Positions 32,396 through 42,304 of a stretch of 64,000 nucleotides of DNA are shown piece after piece. Under the pieces are notes generated by a model. The model searched no databases. It worked only from the letters and a program-made list of their open reading frames with translations, and had not been told where the DNA came from. The DNA is from Candidatus Corynebacterium avicola (lineage in GTDB: Bacteria; Actinomycetota; Actinomycetes; Mycobacteriales; Mycobacteriaceae): positions 54,905 to 118,904 of the forward strand of contig DXGC01000073.1 of NCBI GenBank assembly GCA_019114135.1, in the 5' to 3' direction. Within the stretch, counting starts at the first letter, position 1, and each line of letters begins with the position of its first letter. The translations under genes were made by a program, and so were the position numbers.

Positions 32396-33394
32396 CTACT
32401 CGTCGTCTGCGGACTCGTTGTCGGAGGCGATCTCCAGCTGGTCGGAGACCTGATCCAGCAGCCAGGCGTTGGACAGCGAGGAGGGGATGTTCAGCGCGGC
32501 CATGACAGCCTTGTTGTCCTCGACCACGGCACCGGACTCAACCTGCGGCAGGTTCGAGTACCCCGGGATCGCGCGGATCTGGTCCATGCCCTCTGTGGCG
32601 TAGATGCCCATGAAGTCGGCGGCCAGCTCGGAGACGTTCTCGTAGGAGACCATCGCGCGGCCGCTCTCGACCTTCACTGAACCATCGGTGTAGGCCTCCG
32701 GCACAGTCATGCCCAGGCGGGAGTAGAAGTCGTTGGCGATGTTGTCGGGGTCCGCGATGACACCGAACTGACCCTCGCGGTCCTGCACGGTCAGGGCGGT
32801 CTTGCCCTCCAGCCCCGGGAACTCCTCACGGGCGTCGGCGAAGGCCTGCTCATCCTCGTCGATGACTTCCTGCGCCTTGTCCTCCAGGCCGTAGATCTGG
32901 CCCAGGGCCTCAAGCTGTGGAACCCAGTTGGCGCTCTGGTCGATGCCCGGCAGCACGGAGGTGACATCCTTCAGGGAGTCATAGTCCTCTTCCTGGATGC
33001 GGTAGAGGTCACCGACGATCAGGTCGGGGTCCTCGGCGGCGATCTCCTCGAGAGGGAGGCTCTGCTCGGGACGGGGAATACGCTTGACGTCCTCGAGCTG
33101 GTCGTTCTTCCATTCGGCGTCTGCGTCATCGGGGGTCTCGACGATGGCGTCCGGGGTGATGCCCAGGGCCAGCAGGTTGTCCGCGGCGGTACCGATGGCG
33201 ACGACCTTCTCCGGGTTCGTCGGGTAGGTGTCCTCACCGTAGACGTGCTCGATGGTGACCTCCGATGCCTCGGCGCCGCTGCCGGCGTCGGAGGAGGAGT
33301 TCGAGCTGTCCGAGTCATCGGAGGAGCAACCGGTGAGAATCAGGCTGCCGACAACGAGGGTGGCGGCGAGGGCGGAGCGAGAGGGGAGCTTCAC
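32396..33394 (-). CDS. Iron-siderophore ABC substrate-binding lipoprotein
   Basis: GTG start, lipobox LTGC, IEHVYG...PEKVVAIG, EEIAAEDPDLI, LPQVESG. Confidence 0.85.
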   Translation of the reverse strand: MKLPSRSALAATLVVGSLILTGCSSDDSDSSNSSSDAGSGAEASEVTIEHVYGEDTYPTNPEKVVAIGTAADNLLALGITPDAIVETPDDADAEWKNDQLEDVKRIPRPEQSLPLEEIAAEDPDLIVGDLYRIQEEDYDSLKDVTSVLPGIDQSANWVPQLEALGQIYGLEDKAQEVIDEDEQAFADAREEFPGLEGKTALTVQDREGQFGVIADPDNIANDFYSRLGMTVPEAYTDGSVKVESGRAMVSYENVSELAADFMGIYATEGMDQIRAIPGYSNLPQVESGAVVEDNKAVMAALNIPSSLSNAWLLDQVSDQLEIASDNESADDE

Positions 33395-33453
33395 GAGAAG
33401 ACGGTCCTTTTCGGCGTTGTGAGGTTGGCGAGAATAGTGAGGTGAAGTTGACA

Positions 33454-33472
33454 TCTGGTGAGCCTTGACTGA
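33454..33472. promoter_or_regulatory. Possible weak DtxR/IdeR box upstream of the iron SBP gene
   Basis: tctggtgagccttgactga matches 13/19 positions of TWAGGTWAGSCTWACCTWA; degenerate. Confidence 0.25.
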
Positions 33473-33586
33473 GCTGCAAATGTCCTGACCGTAGTAGAAC
33501 CTACTATCGCGGCGACAACCTTGACAAGGGCTGAACGGAAGCTGGTGTTCCTCTGTCGGCAGCGCTCGAGGTGAGCTGTGTGAACC

Positions 33587-34504
33587 CTAGAGGCGGTGGC
33601 GTCCCCGCGGGTTGTGTGACGTCGACGAGGCGGTCGAGCGACGGGGCGCTGACGTGCTCGAAGTCGTCGGACGGGACGATGTTGCGGGGGTGGTGGAGGC
33701 CGCCGAGATGCGGTGCATAGCGGCGGGGTAATCCCCGAAGGACGACCGGGCTGGGGTAGCGGGGGTAGTGGACGGGAGTGCCTCATTACGGGGTGCGGTC
33801 GGGGCCACCGGCGGCGCGGCTGAGATTTTCTTCCACCGGGAGACGGTGTCGCGCAGCTCGCTGTAGGCGTAGTCCTCGGTGGCGCGCTTCAGGCCGACGT
33901 GGATGTCGCCGAGGCAGCGGCGCCGCTGTTCGTCCGACAACGTGTTGATCCACGGGAACACCTCGACAGCGGCATCGCTGAAGACCGCGTGCTTCTCCTT
34001 GGCCGCAGTCAACCACAGCGTGCATTCCAGGCCGGACGGGCCGACCGAGGGGTAGGTCGGTGTCGGACGCGCCGACGCCGCGGTGCCCGGCCGTGCTGAC
34101 GCCGCGGGCGTCGTCGTTTGTGCGGCCGGTGCGGACGGCGTCGGGGCGGCGGCCCGTGTAGTCGGCGCTGGGCGGTCCGCTACCTGTGAAGCCGACTCCG
34201 TCGGCGCTACCTGCGAGGCCGACGCCGACGCCCCAGACTTCAACGACGGCGCAGCCGTCTTCGCCGGGGTCACCGTCGGGGAGATCGTCAGGGTCACCGT
34301 CACGGTGTCATGGTTGACCGCCGGCTGGTAGATGTCCAGCAGGGTCCGGACACGGGTGGCGGCGTCGTCCAACGTCGTCACCGTCAGTTGACGGCCGTTG
34401 TCGAGAGTCAGCTCCCACCCGATCGACGTTTTCTTGGCGTCGACGTTGACGCTGTAAGCGACCGGGTCAGTCACTGTTCCCCCGAAGCGTGACTGTGTGG
34501 TCAC
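33587..34504 (-). CDS. Hypothetical protein: HicB-like N-terminal domain + Ala/Pro/Thr linker + FPW helical antitoxin-like domain
   Basis: GTG 34504 preceded by AGGAGG; AYSVNVDAKKTSIGWEL...TLDDAATRVR; EVFPWINTLSDEQRRRCL...SRWK. Confidence 0.55.
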   Translation of the reverse strand: MTTQSRFGGTVTDPVAYSVNVDAKKTSIGWELTLDNGRQLTVTTLDDAATRVRTLLDIYQPAVNHDTVTVTLTISPTVTPAKTAAPSLKSGASASASQVAPTESASQVADRPAPTTRAAAPTPSAPAAQTTTPAASARPGTAASARPTPTYPSVGPSGLECTLWLTAAKEKHAVFSDAAVEVFPWINTLSDEQRRRCLGDIHVGLKRATEDYAYSELRDTVSRWKKISAAPPVAPTAPRNEALPSTTPATPARSSFGDYPAAMHRISAASTTPATSSRPTTSSTSAPRRSTASSTSHNPRGRHRL

Positions 34505-34684
34505 CCAGCCACCTCCTGTGTAGTTGAAGATATATCTATCGCTTGTGAGGGTACTCCCGTTACCGCCCGTATACTTGGTATTCGCGTTAGATTTACCCCC
34601 GATATCGCCTTTCGGACGCCCCTCAACGGGGGCATCCGTGGGAAATACCCACGTTAGTCGGGGCCACCGGTACGCTGACTGCCC

Positions 34685-35632
34685 ATGCGAGTCATGTTGA
34701 TCACCAACCCCTTCGCCACCTCCACCACGCAGGAGGGGCGCGACGCCCTCGCCCGCGCACTGGCCGAGCGCCACGACGTCGACCTCCAGCCGACCACCCA
34801 CCGTGGTCACGCCGGGGAGCTGGGCGTGCAGGCCGCCGCCGAAGGCTTCGATGCCGTCGTCGTCCACGGTGGCGACGGCTCGGTCAACGAACTGGTCAAC
34901 GGAATGCTCGGGGAGCCCGAGCGGCAGGACGGGAAGGAGCGTCCTGCCGCTGCCGATCTACCTGCCATCGGCGTCGTCCCCGGCGGCAATGCCAATGTCT
35001 TCGCCCGGGCCCTGGGCGTGAACCGCAAGTCGGACGCCGCGGTCGACCAGCTTCTCGACGGCCTGGCCGCCGGACGCCGCCGCACCATCAGCCTGGGCCA
35101 CACCCTGAACCGCTGGTTCCTGTTCAATGCCGGCATGGGTATGGACGCCATCGTCGTGCGCAAGATCGACGAGTCCCGCCACAACGGCAAGCCGGTGACG
35201 AACCTCCGTTACGTCTCGGCAGCCGTGTCGTCCTTCCTCAGCAAACAGGACCCGACACCGAACTTCCGGGTCGAGGTGCCCACCGGAGAGGCTGTTTCCG
35301 ATGCGCGCTTCGCCTTCGTCAGTAACACCGGGCCGTGGACCTACCTCGGGGCGCGGGCGATTTCCACGAACCCGGGCACCACCTTCGACAGTGGCCTGGG
35401 CCTGTTCGCCTCCACCTCCGTGTCCGCGCTGCCGAACCTGGGCCTGGGCGCCCAGCTGATCGCCGGATCGTCCAACCCGAAGGCCTCGCACCTCTACCGC
35501 GACGACGACGTCGAGTGGATCCGCTTCACCGCCGACGTCCCGGCGGACGTCCAGATGGACGGGGAGTACCTGGGCACCTACGATTCACTCGAGTTCGCCT
35601 GCGTGCAGAACGTCATCGACGTGGTGGTGTAG
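34685..35632 (+). CDS. Diacylglycerol kinase family lipid kinase
   Basis: ITNPFA, HGGDGSVNELVNG, PGGNANVFARALG, GMGMDA, QMDGEY. Confidence 0.92.
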   Translation: MRVMLITNPFATSTTQEGRDALARALAERHDVDLQPTTHRGHAGELGVQAAAEGFDAVVVHGGDGSVNELVNGMLGEPERQDGKERPAAADLPAIGVVPGGNANVFARALGVNRKSDAAVDQLLDGLAAGRRRTISLGHTLNRWFLFNAGMGMDAIVVRKIDESRHNGKPVTNLRYVSAAVSSFLSKQDPTPNFRVEVPTGEAVSDARFAFVSNTGPWTYLGARAISTNPGTTFDSGLGLFASTSVSALPNLGLGAQLIAGSSNPKASHLYRDDDVEWIRFTADVPADVQMDGEYLGTYDSLEFACVQNVIDVVV

Positions 35633-35651
35633 GCAGCGGAGCTACGCGGGG

Positions 35652-37154
35652 TCACCAGACCCCGACGAGCCACATCCAGGCACCACCGACGAACATCCAG
35701 ATCAGCAGGGACGCAACACCGGCGACCAGTCCGACACCCCACCACTGGGCGGCGGAGTTGTACTTGGTGCCGAACAGGGTCGGGGAGGCGCCGCCGGAGT
35801 AGTGCGTGAGCGACTGGAAGATGTTCGAGCAGTAGCCCAGAATCAGGGCGGCGAGCAGGGGAGGGGCGCCCAAGGCGAGAGCCGCGCCCAGGAAGGCGAT
35901 GTACATCGCCGAGATGTGGGCGGTCGCCGAGGCGAAGAAGTAGTGGGCGAAGAAGTAGATGACGACCAGCAGGATCAGCGCCGGCATCCACCCCATCGAG
36001 CCCAGGGAGCCGGCGATCACGTCGGAGATCCAGTCGATAAAGCCGTACTCGGACAGTGCGGTGGCCATCATGTAGAGCACCGCGAACCAGGTCATCGTGT
36101 CCCAGGCGGACTTCTCCCGGATGATGTCCTCCCAGGTCAGGACGTGGAAGAGCATGAGGATGATGACGCCGACGAAGGCGGTGGTCGTCGCTGAGATGCC
36201 GAGGACCAGGTCACCGACGGTCCAGAGCAGCAGCAGGACGACGAACGTGGCAGCCAGGACCTTCTCGCCGTAGGTCATCGGGCCGAGCTCGTCGAGTTCG
36301 TCGCGGGCCATCTGCTGGACCTTCGGGGTCTTCTTCAGCTCTGGCGGGTAGATCGTGTAGATCAGGGCAGGGACGACGACAAGGGCGACCAGCCCGGGCA
36401 CGATCGCGCCCAGGGCCCAGGTGGCCCAGGAGATCTCGACACCCTGTTGGGACGCCAGGGAGGCGATCAGCGGGTTCCCTGCCATCGCAGTGAGGAACAT
36501 CGCGCAGGTGATGGAGTTGGAGTTCGATGCGACCAGTGCCAGGAAGGAGCCTGCGCGTCTGGCGGTGGGGCCGGGTTCGGAGTCGTAGGTGTGGGCGACC
36601 GAGGTCATGATCGGAGCCATGATGCCGCCGCCGCGTGCAGTGGCGGAGGGGATCGCCGGGGACATCACCAGGTCAGCGAGACTGAGACCGTAGCCGACAC
36701 CGAGCATGCGTCCGCCGACCTTTGACACGAAGTACAGTGCGATCCGGCGTCCGAACCCGGTCTTGATGAATCCGCGGGACAGCAGGAAGGCCATGACGAT
36801 GAGCCAGATCGTCGCGTTGCTGAACCCCATCAGCGCATAGGGTGCCTCGGGGTCGGTGTCGCTGGGGGACAGCGGCACCAGGTTGAGGAGCACCGCCGCG
36901 ACCATGCCGATGATGGTCACCGCGCCCATCGGCATCGGGGCCATGATGATGCAGACGATGGTGGCGACGAAGAGCCCGAAGATGCGCCAGGCCTGGTCGG
37001 TCAGGGCCTCGGGGTGCGGGACGAACCAGAAGAAGACGGTGATGGCGATCGCCACCCCGAATCCGGTGAGGATGCTGCGCCAGTGGGAGGTCGCTGGCGG
37101 GTCGACCCGTTGCTTCTCCTGAGCCGGTGCGGCGGTGTGCGACGTGGTGGACAT
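35652..37154 (-). CDS. DASS family anion permease (CitT/DiT-like)
   Basis: AIPSATARGGGI, FLTAMAGNPL, THYSGG; AAGGAG SD. Confidence 0.92.
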   Translation of the reverse strand: MSTTSHTAAPAQEKQRVDPPATSHWRSILTGFGVAIAITVFFWFVPHPEALTDQAWRIFGLFVATIVCIIMAPMPMGAVTIIGMVAAVLLNLVPLSPSDTDPEAPYALMGFSNATIWLIVMAFLLSRGFIKTGFGRRIALYFVSKVGGRMLGVGYGLSLADLVMSPAIPSATARGGGIMAPIMTSVAHTYDSEPGPTARRAGSFLALVASNSNSITCAMFLTAMAGNPLIASLASQQGVEISWATWALGAIVPGLVALVVVPALIYTIYPPELKKTPKVQQMARDELDELGPMTYGEKVLAATFVVLLLLWTVGDLVLGISATTTAFVGVIILMLFHVLTWEDIIREKSAWDTMTWFAVLYMMATALSEYGFIDWISDVIAGSLGSMGWMPALILLVVIYFFAHYFFASATAHISAMYIAFLGAALALGAPPLLAALILGYCSNIFQSLTHYSGGASPTLFGTKYNSAAQWWGVGLVAGVASLLIWMFVGGAWMWLVGVW

Positions 37155-37272
37155 CTGGCTGCTCCTTGTCACTGGACGGTCTCTTGCGGTGACCAGTCCT
37201 TATACAGTCCATGCTAGAACCGCGTTCGCAGCATGAACATGTTTGTGATCATTCACACGTGTGCTGTGTGTC

Positions 37273-38250
37273 CTACTCCGACGGGGCGCCTGCCTCCGGT
37301 TCGTCGAGCCCGGCGAAGAACTCCCAGATTGCGCCCGGCCCGTCGTAGCGGGCGCCGTTGTTGTTGTGCCAGCGTCCGGTGGCGGTGGGGAAGGAGTGCC
37401 CGGACTTGTCCACGGTGATCAGTCGCACCGGGGCAGCACCGTGATCGCTCGCAGACCAGTCGGTGATCTCCGCGTCGCCGTCGCGGACCGGCGCCGTCGG
37501 GTAGGACGCTCCGTTGCGTCCGGCGAACCAACGGGCACTGTCCACCGCCGAGCGGACGTTGCCGCGGGAGACCGCCTCAGACCCTTGCCCGAGGACGACC
37601 TCGCCACCGCCGAGCGGGTTGATGGAGTCTTCGCGGCCCTCGATGAAGATCGCCGGGACCGGTTCGTCCGAGTCCTCGCAGGTGATGTTGTCGTCCACCG
37701 GCACATTCGCGTTCACCACCGCCACGCCGGAAATGAGGTCCGGCGCCTCGAAGGCCAGACGCTGGACCATGTGACCGCCGCTGGAGAATCCGACAGCGAA
37801 GGTCCGCGAGGTGTCGACCACGTCCGGACCGAGGTCGTCACCGATCGCGTCGACGGCCTTGCGCATGAAACCGACGTCGTCGAGGTCCTTCTCCTTGGCC
37901 GGCCACATCCCCTCCGCGCGGCATTCATTCCAGTTGTCCTCGTACCCGTTGACGTAGGCGATCACGAAGCCTTCATTGTCGGCGAGTTCCTCAAGATCTG
38001 GGCCGATGCCCTCGCGCATGTCGGCGGCAGAGCTGCCGGAACCGTGTACGGCCAGCATCACCGGCATCGGTTCTGCCGGAGGATCATCGGGGACGTAGAG
38101 GTCCCAGGTGCGGGTCAGCCCGTCGACGGTGACGGAGTGTGAGGAGAGCGACTGGTGTTCCCGCTCGTTGGTCAAGGTGCAGGACGCCACGATCAACCCG
38201 GCCACCAGCACAGTGGCGGCGACCAGGAGTCGGGACGTGGGCTGTTTCAT
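37273..38250 (-). CDS. PHB-depolymerase-family (LpqC/LpqP-like) esterase lipoprotein, copy 1
   Basis: Lipobox VASC; VHGSG, WN, GFSSGG, GREDS, GHSFP. Confidence 0.85.
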   Translation of the reverse strand: MKQPTSRLLVAATVLVAGLIVASCTLTNEREHQSLSSHSVTVDGLTRTWDLYVPDDPPAEPMPVMLAVHGSGSSAADMREGIGPDLEELADNEGFVIAYVNGYEDNWNECRAEGMWPAKEKDLDDVGFMRKAVDAIGDDLGPDVVDTSRTFAVGFSSGGHMVQRLAFEAPDLISGVAVVNANVPVDDNITCEDSDEPVPAIFIEGREDSINPLGGGEVVLGQGSEAVSRGNVRSAVDSARWFAGRNGASYPTAPVRDGDAEITDWSASDHGAAPVRLITVDKSGHSFPTATGRWHNNNGARYDGPGAIWEFFAGLDEPEAGAPSE

Positions 38251-38339
38251 GTACTCCAGTGTGCACCTGTCGCCCGGCAGTGGGGGAATACGTATGGTCG
38301 GAGTTGTTGATCAGTCTTCCCACGCCGTTTGGAGTACCT

Positions 38340-39050
38340 GTGATCGTCGAGAACATCTCCGCCCCCGTGACCCTGGTCCTGCACCACCCGCACTTCTTCT
38401 CTGCCGAGTACTGGAAAGGCTGGTCGGAGCTGACCGGGTGCGACATCATCGCCTTCGATGCGCCGTTCCACGGGGAGAACCGGGTTGACCAGAGCTACCA
38501 GGATTTCGCCGCGGACACAGTGGCGCAGGCCAGGGATCTGGTGGACACCCCGCTCGTCGTCGCCGGGGTCTCACAGGGCGGGGTGATCGCCCAGGAGTCC
38601 TCCGGGCAGCCGGGAGTGGTGGGTGTTGTCGGCATCAGCACCACCCGACGCGCCGCCGACGATGAGGAGCGGGCGATGATGAACGGAACCATCGACATCT
38701 GGGGAACCGACGGCGGTCCACAGCCCGTCGCGGAGAACATCGCGGCCGACTCGGCGAACAGTGAGCAGCCAGCCTACGACGAGACCGTGGCTGCGGTGCT
38801 GGCTATGACGGGGGAGCAGGTCTCGCACACTATCCCGCTGCTTGAGGATCGTCGGGGCGGGATCGAGTTGTCGACCCCGTACCTGTTCATCCACGGGACC
38901 GCCGACCAGACCTACGCTTTCGAAGACATGACGGAGGACATCCCGGCGGAACATCTCGTAGCCGTCGAGAACGGCAGCCACTCCATGACCAGAAACAGCT
39001 CCGAGGTTGTGGCTAAGGCACTACGGGAGTTCGCGCTGTCGCTGGTGTAG
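38340..39050 (+). CDS. Alpha/beta hydrolase
   Basis: GVSQGG, HGTADQ, GSHS; GTG start after GGAG. Confidence 0.8.
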   Translation: MIVENISAPVTLVLHHPHFFSAEYWKGWSELTGCDIIAFDAPFHGENRVDQSYQDFAADTVAQARDLVDTPLVVAGVSQGGVIAQESSGQPGVVGVVGISTTRRAADDEERAMMNGTIDIWGTDGGPQPVAENIAADSANSEQPAYDETVAAVLAMTGEQVSHTIPLLEDRRGGIELSTPYLFIHGTADQTYAFEDMTEDIPAEHLVAVENGSHSMTRNSSEVVAKALREFALSLV

Positions 39051-39066
39051 ACCCGATAGTCGGGGA

Positions 39067-40086
39067 TCACAACCCGGAGAAGAATTCCCACACCGCTCCA
39101 GGCCCGTCGTAGCGGGCACCGTTGTCATTGCCCCAGCGTCCGGTGGAGGTGGGGAAGGAATGCCCGCTGTGGTCAACGGCGATGAGCCGGACGGGATGCT
39201 CGCCGGGCCAGTCGGTGATCTCGGCGTCGCCGTCGCGGGTGGGGGATTCGGGATCTCCGGCGCCGTTGCGGTCGGCGAACCATTGGGCGCTGTCGACTGC
39301 GGAGCGCACGTCGCCGCGGGACTCGGCGAAGATTCCTTCGCCCACGATGACCTCGCCGCCCTCATAGGGGTTCCAGGGGTCCTCGCGTCCCTGCATAAAC
39401 AGCGCGGGTACGGGTTCACCGCTGTCGTCGCAGGACATGTTGTTGTCGGTGGCGACGTTGGCGTTGACCGAGGCGATGCCGGAGACCAGATTGGGAGCCT
39501 CGTAGGCCAGGCGTTGGGCCATGTGTCCGCCGCTGGAGAACCCGAGACCGAAAACCGTGGAGGTGTCGACGGTGTCGTCGCCGAGGTCGTCACCGAGACG
39601 GTCGACTATCCCACGGAGGAAACCGACGTCGTCGACTTTCTCTTCCTTGGCTGGCCAGTCGCCGGCTACGCGGCATTCGTTCCAGTTGTTCGCGTAGCCG
39701 TCGGCGTAGACGATGACGAAGCCGTGCTCGTCGGCCAAACGCTCGAGGTCGATGCCGATGCCGCTACGAATCCCGTCACCGGTGTCTCCCGTGCCGTGGA
39801 CGACCAGGACGATCGGCATGGGACGTGGGTCGGGCTGGTCGTGCAGCGGGGTGTAGGTGGTCCAGGTGCGGTCGCGGTCGTCGACGGTGATGACGTGGCG
39901 GGTGACGTTTCCTGGGGCTGCGGTGTCGTTGACGGCCATGGAGGATCCTGTGGTGTCGGTCTGTTTGCCGGTATCGTTCTTGCTGCTTCCGCCCTCACTC
40001 GTACAGGAGGCGACGAGTATCGCCAGCGCACCCGTGGCCAGAGCGGTGGCGGCTCTGGTCATGTGGGCGCGCGGGCGGTGAGGCAT
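39067..40086 (-). CDS. PHB-depolymerase-family esterase lipoprotein, copy 2
   Basis: Lipobox VASC; VHGTG, NNWNEC, GFSSGG, GREDP, GHSFP; paralog of 37273-38250. Confidence 0.85.
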   Translation of the reverse strand: MPHRPRAHMTRAATALATGALAILVASCTSEGGSSKNDTGKQTDTTGSSMAVNDTAAPGNVTRHVITVDDRDRTWTTYTPLHDQPDPRPMPIVLVVHGTGDTGDGIRSGIGIDLERLADEHGFVIVYADGYANNWNECRVAGDWPAKEEKVDDVGFLRGIVDRLGDDLGDDTVDTSTVFGLGFSSGGHMAQRLAYEAPNLVSGIASVNANVATDNNMSCDDSGEPVPALFMQGREDPWNPYEGGEVIVGEGIFAESRGDVRSAVDSAQWFADRNGAGDPESPTRDGDAEITDWPGEHPVRLIAVDHSGHSFPTSTGRWGNDNGARYDGPGAVWEFFSGL

Positions 40087-40128
40087 GAATGCCAGTGTGC
40101 CGGAAGCGGGGCAGGAGAGAGGCGCAGT

Positions 40129-41025
40129 CTACTCCCAGTCGATGTTTGCCTCGAAGACTTCCTCGATTGCCGCACAGTACCCAGGGTCGTCAATGTAGCC
40201 CTGTTGGCAACCGTCTCGTCCCTGGATCTCTCCGGACGACGGATTGCGGTTGCCCTCTGCATCGTGGCCGTAGCCGCAGATTGCTGCCGGGCATGTTCCC
40301 CCGTCAGCCATGGCGACGCCGTCGTGCGCTGGCTGGTTGGACTCGCAGTAGCTTGGGTCCGGGACGTAGTGGTCGGTCTGCGGACAGACGTAGTCCAGCC
40401 CCTCGGTGGCTTCGTCGAAGCACTCCTGGGAGAACGCGGTTGTGCCGTCCGACCACAGTGCAGGTCCCGGAGTTCCGAATAGGCACTCGACGACCGTGGG
40501 AGCCGATGCCTCGTCAACACTGGGCGTGTAGTCAGGCTCCTGCCCGCCAGTGTGTGCCACGCCGCCGAGCTCCTCGGCAAGCTGCGGTGCCAGCGCCAAC
40601 GACGCGTCCTTGCCTTCGTCCGAGTTCAGGCTTACTGCCGTGGTGTCGAAAGTGACGGAAACCCCTCCGAGGTCGTCACTGGCCGACTGCCAATCATCAA
40701 GCGCCTCGGTGGTTGCGAAGACGTTGATGCCTGCGCTGTACCCCACGATCTCAAGGTCGTAGATCTCTTCTGCCCCGGATACTCCGGGATCGGTCTTCGA
40801 GGGTTCGGTGTACTCGGCTTCCAGAGTGTCGAGTGCATCGAGCACGGTCGTCACTTGTTCAGGAAGTGCCTCGACTTGTGTGGTCGTCGGGGGAGTGGAG
40901 TCAGTGGAGGACGGCGAAGCATCCGAGCTGTCCTCAGTGCCACAGGCTGCGAGCACAAGAACGAAAGCTGCCCCGAGGGCGGCAAGGCTTCGTCGGTGTT
41001 GGCTGCGGAGGGAAGTTGGGGTCAT
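40129..41025 (-). CDS. Hypothetical lipoprotein with Cys-rich C-terminal modules
   Basis: Lipobox LAAC; ECLFGTPGPALWSDG; CPAAICGYGHD...NPSSGEIQ...GCQQGYI. Confidence 0.75.
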   Translation of the reverse strand: MTPTSLRSQHRRSLAALGAAFVLVLAACGTEDSSDASPSSTDSTPPTTTQVEALPEQVTTVLDALDTLEAEYTEPSKTDPGVSGAEEIYDLEIVGYSAGINVFATTEALDDWQSASDDLGGVSVTFDTTAVSLNSDEGKDASLALAPQLAEELGGVAHTGGQEPDYTPSVDEASAPTVVECLFGTPGPALWSDGTTAFSQECFDEATEGLDYVCPQTDHYVPDPSYCESNQPAHDGVAMADGGTCPAAICGYGHDAEGNRNPSSGEIQGRDGCQQGYIDDPGYCAAIEEVFEANIDWE

Positions 41026-41131
41026 GGTCAGTCTTTCTTCTTGGTGGAAAACTAATCATGCACCATGACCGGACGCGGTTACCCCCAAGCGTTCGACTGC
41101 AGTTGTGCTGCGCGTTTGCCGAATCCGTGAT

Positions 41132-42094
41132 CTACACGGTGTCGACTATGAGTTGGTGGAGTTCGTGGATCGTCGGCGATTGCGCCCCGGCACGGGACAC
41201 CGCGACGGATGCGCTGGCCAGTGCGGTCTCCAATGCGCTGATCACCTGGTGCTCCGGGAGCTCGTCGGACGTCTTGTCGTCGAGGAGGAGCTCACCGAGC
41301 CCTCCCTGCGACAGCGCGAAGATCAGTCCGGACATGAAGACGTCGCCAGCACCGATGGTGTCTACGAGTTCCACCGGACGCGCCGGCAGATGATGGGTGC
41401 GCCCGTCCGCGATGGCGATGCACCCATGCTCCCCGGTGGTCAGGACGGTGAAGCGGGGATCGGAGTCCGCGATGCGTTGCAGGACCTCGGCAGGGGAGAG
41501 TCGTCGACTTCGCGTGATCCACGCCACATCCTCGTCGCTGAGCTTGACCACGTGGCAGGAGGTGGCCAGTTCGTAGACGGGGCCGCGCACGGAGGACGGC
41601 TCGCCCATGATGTCGGCGCGGATGATCGGATCGTGGGTGCGCAGGTCGCTGGGGCCGGCGCTGCTCATAGTCGCGCCCACCGCTGCTCCGCCCGGTTCAA
41701 GGACCGCTCCGATGGGGCCGGTGTGCACGATCGCGGCGCCACTGATGCCGGGCACCTTGATCTCCCAGTTTAGGTCGAAGGTGTAGGACGCCACACCCTG
41801 GGGTTCCAGGGGCACTGTGGCGGTGGAGGTGCGTCTCTTGTCGGCGAAACCCTGGGGAAGGTTGACGTTCGCCTTCTCCAGGTGCTGCTGGATCAATTTG
41901 CCGTACTCATCGGTACCCACACGAGACTGGAGTGTGGCGTGGAACCCGAGTCGTTACAGCCCGACTGAGACATTCAGGGGCGTTCCTCCGACCGGGGCTG
42001 CGTTTTCGCCATCGTTGGACGGGTCGTTCGCGATGACATCGACCAAGGCTTTGCCGAGGACTGCCACATGTGAAGAATTGTCGGCACTAACCAT
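41132..42094 (-). pseudogene. PfkB family carbohydrate kinase with premature in-frame stop
   Basis: From ATG 42094: VAVLGKALVD...VGGTPLNVSVGL*RLG (TAA at 41956-54), same frame continues to VDTIGAGDVF PfkB signature. Confidence 0.85.
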
Positions 42095-42288
42095 GGTGTC
42101 AGTGTACATGTGATTCAAATCACAGATTACGCTGCGCGCGGTGCTGGCACCGCGCTGAGTGTCGCTCAGTCTAGCGGGGGCGAAGGGTTAGTTGTTGCAT
42201 CAGGTGATGTAGTGGGGGAGGCAGGGGCGCAACGGTAGGTTGCTACGGGGGTGTGGTGCATAGCGAGGATCTAGAGTGCACCAAAATC

Positions 42289-42297
42289 TGATATCAT
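42289..42297 (+). promoter_or_regulatory. Extended -10 promoter (TGnTATCAT) for a probably leaderless TA operon
   Basis: tga-tatcat, with TATCAT at 42292-97 followed 7 nt later by ATG 42305. Confidence 0.6.
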
Positions 42298-42304
42298 GTG
42301 GTGC

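Noticed and set aside
34505-34867. N-terminal extension of the 33587-34867 ORF
   Set aside because: Overlaps the lipid kinase gene antisense; a clear AGGAGG-GTG start exists at 34504.
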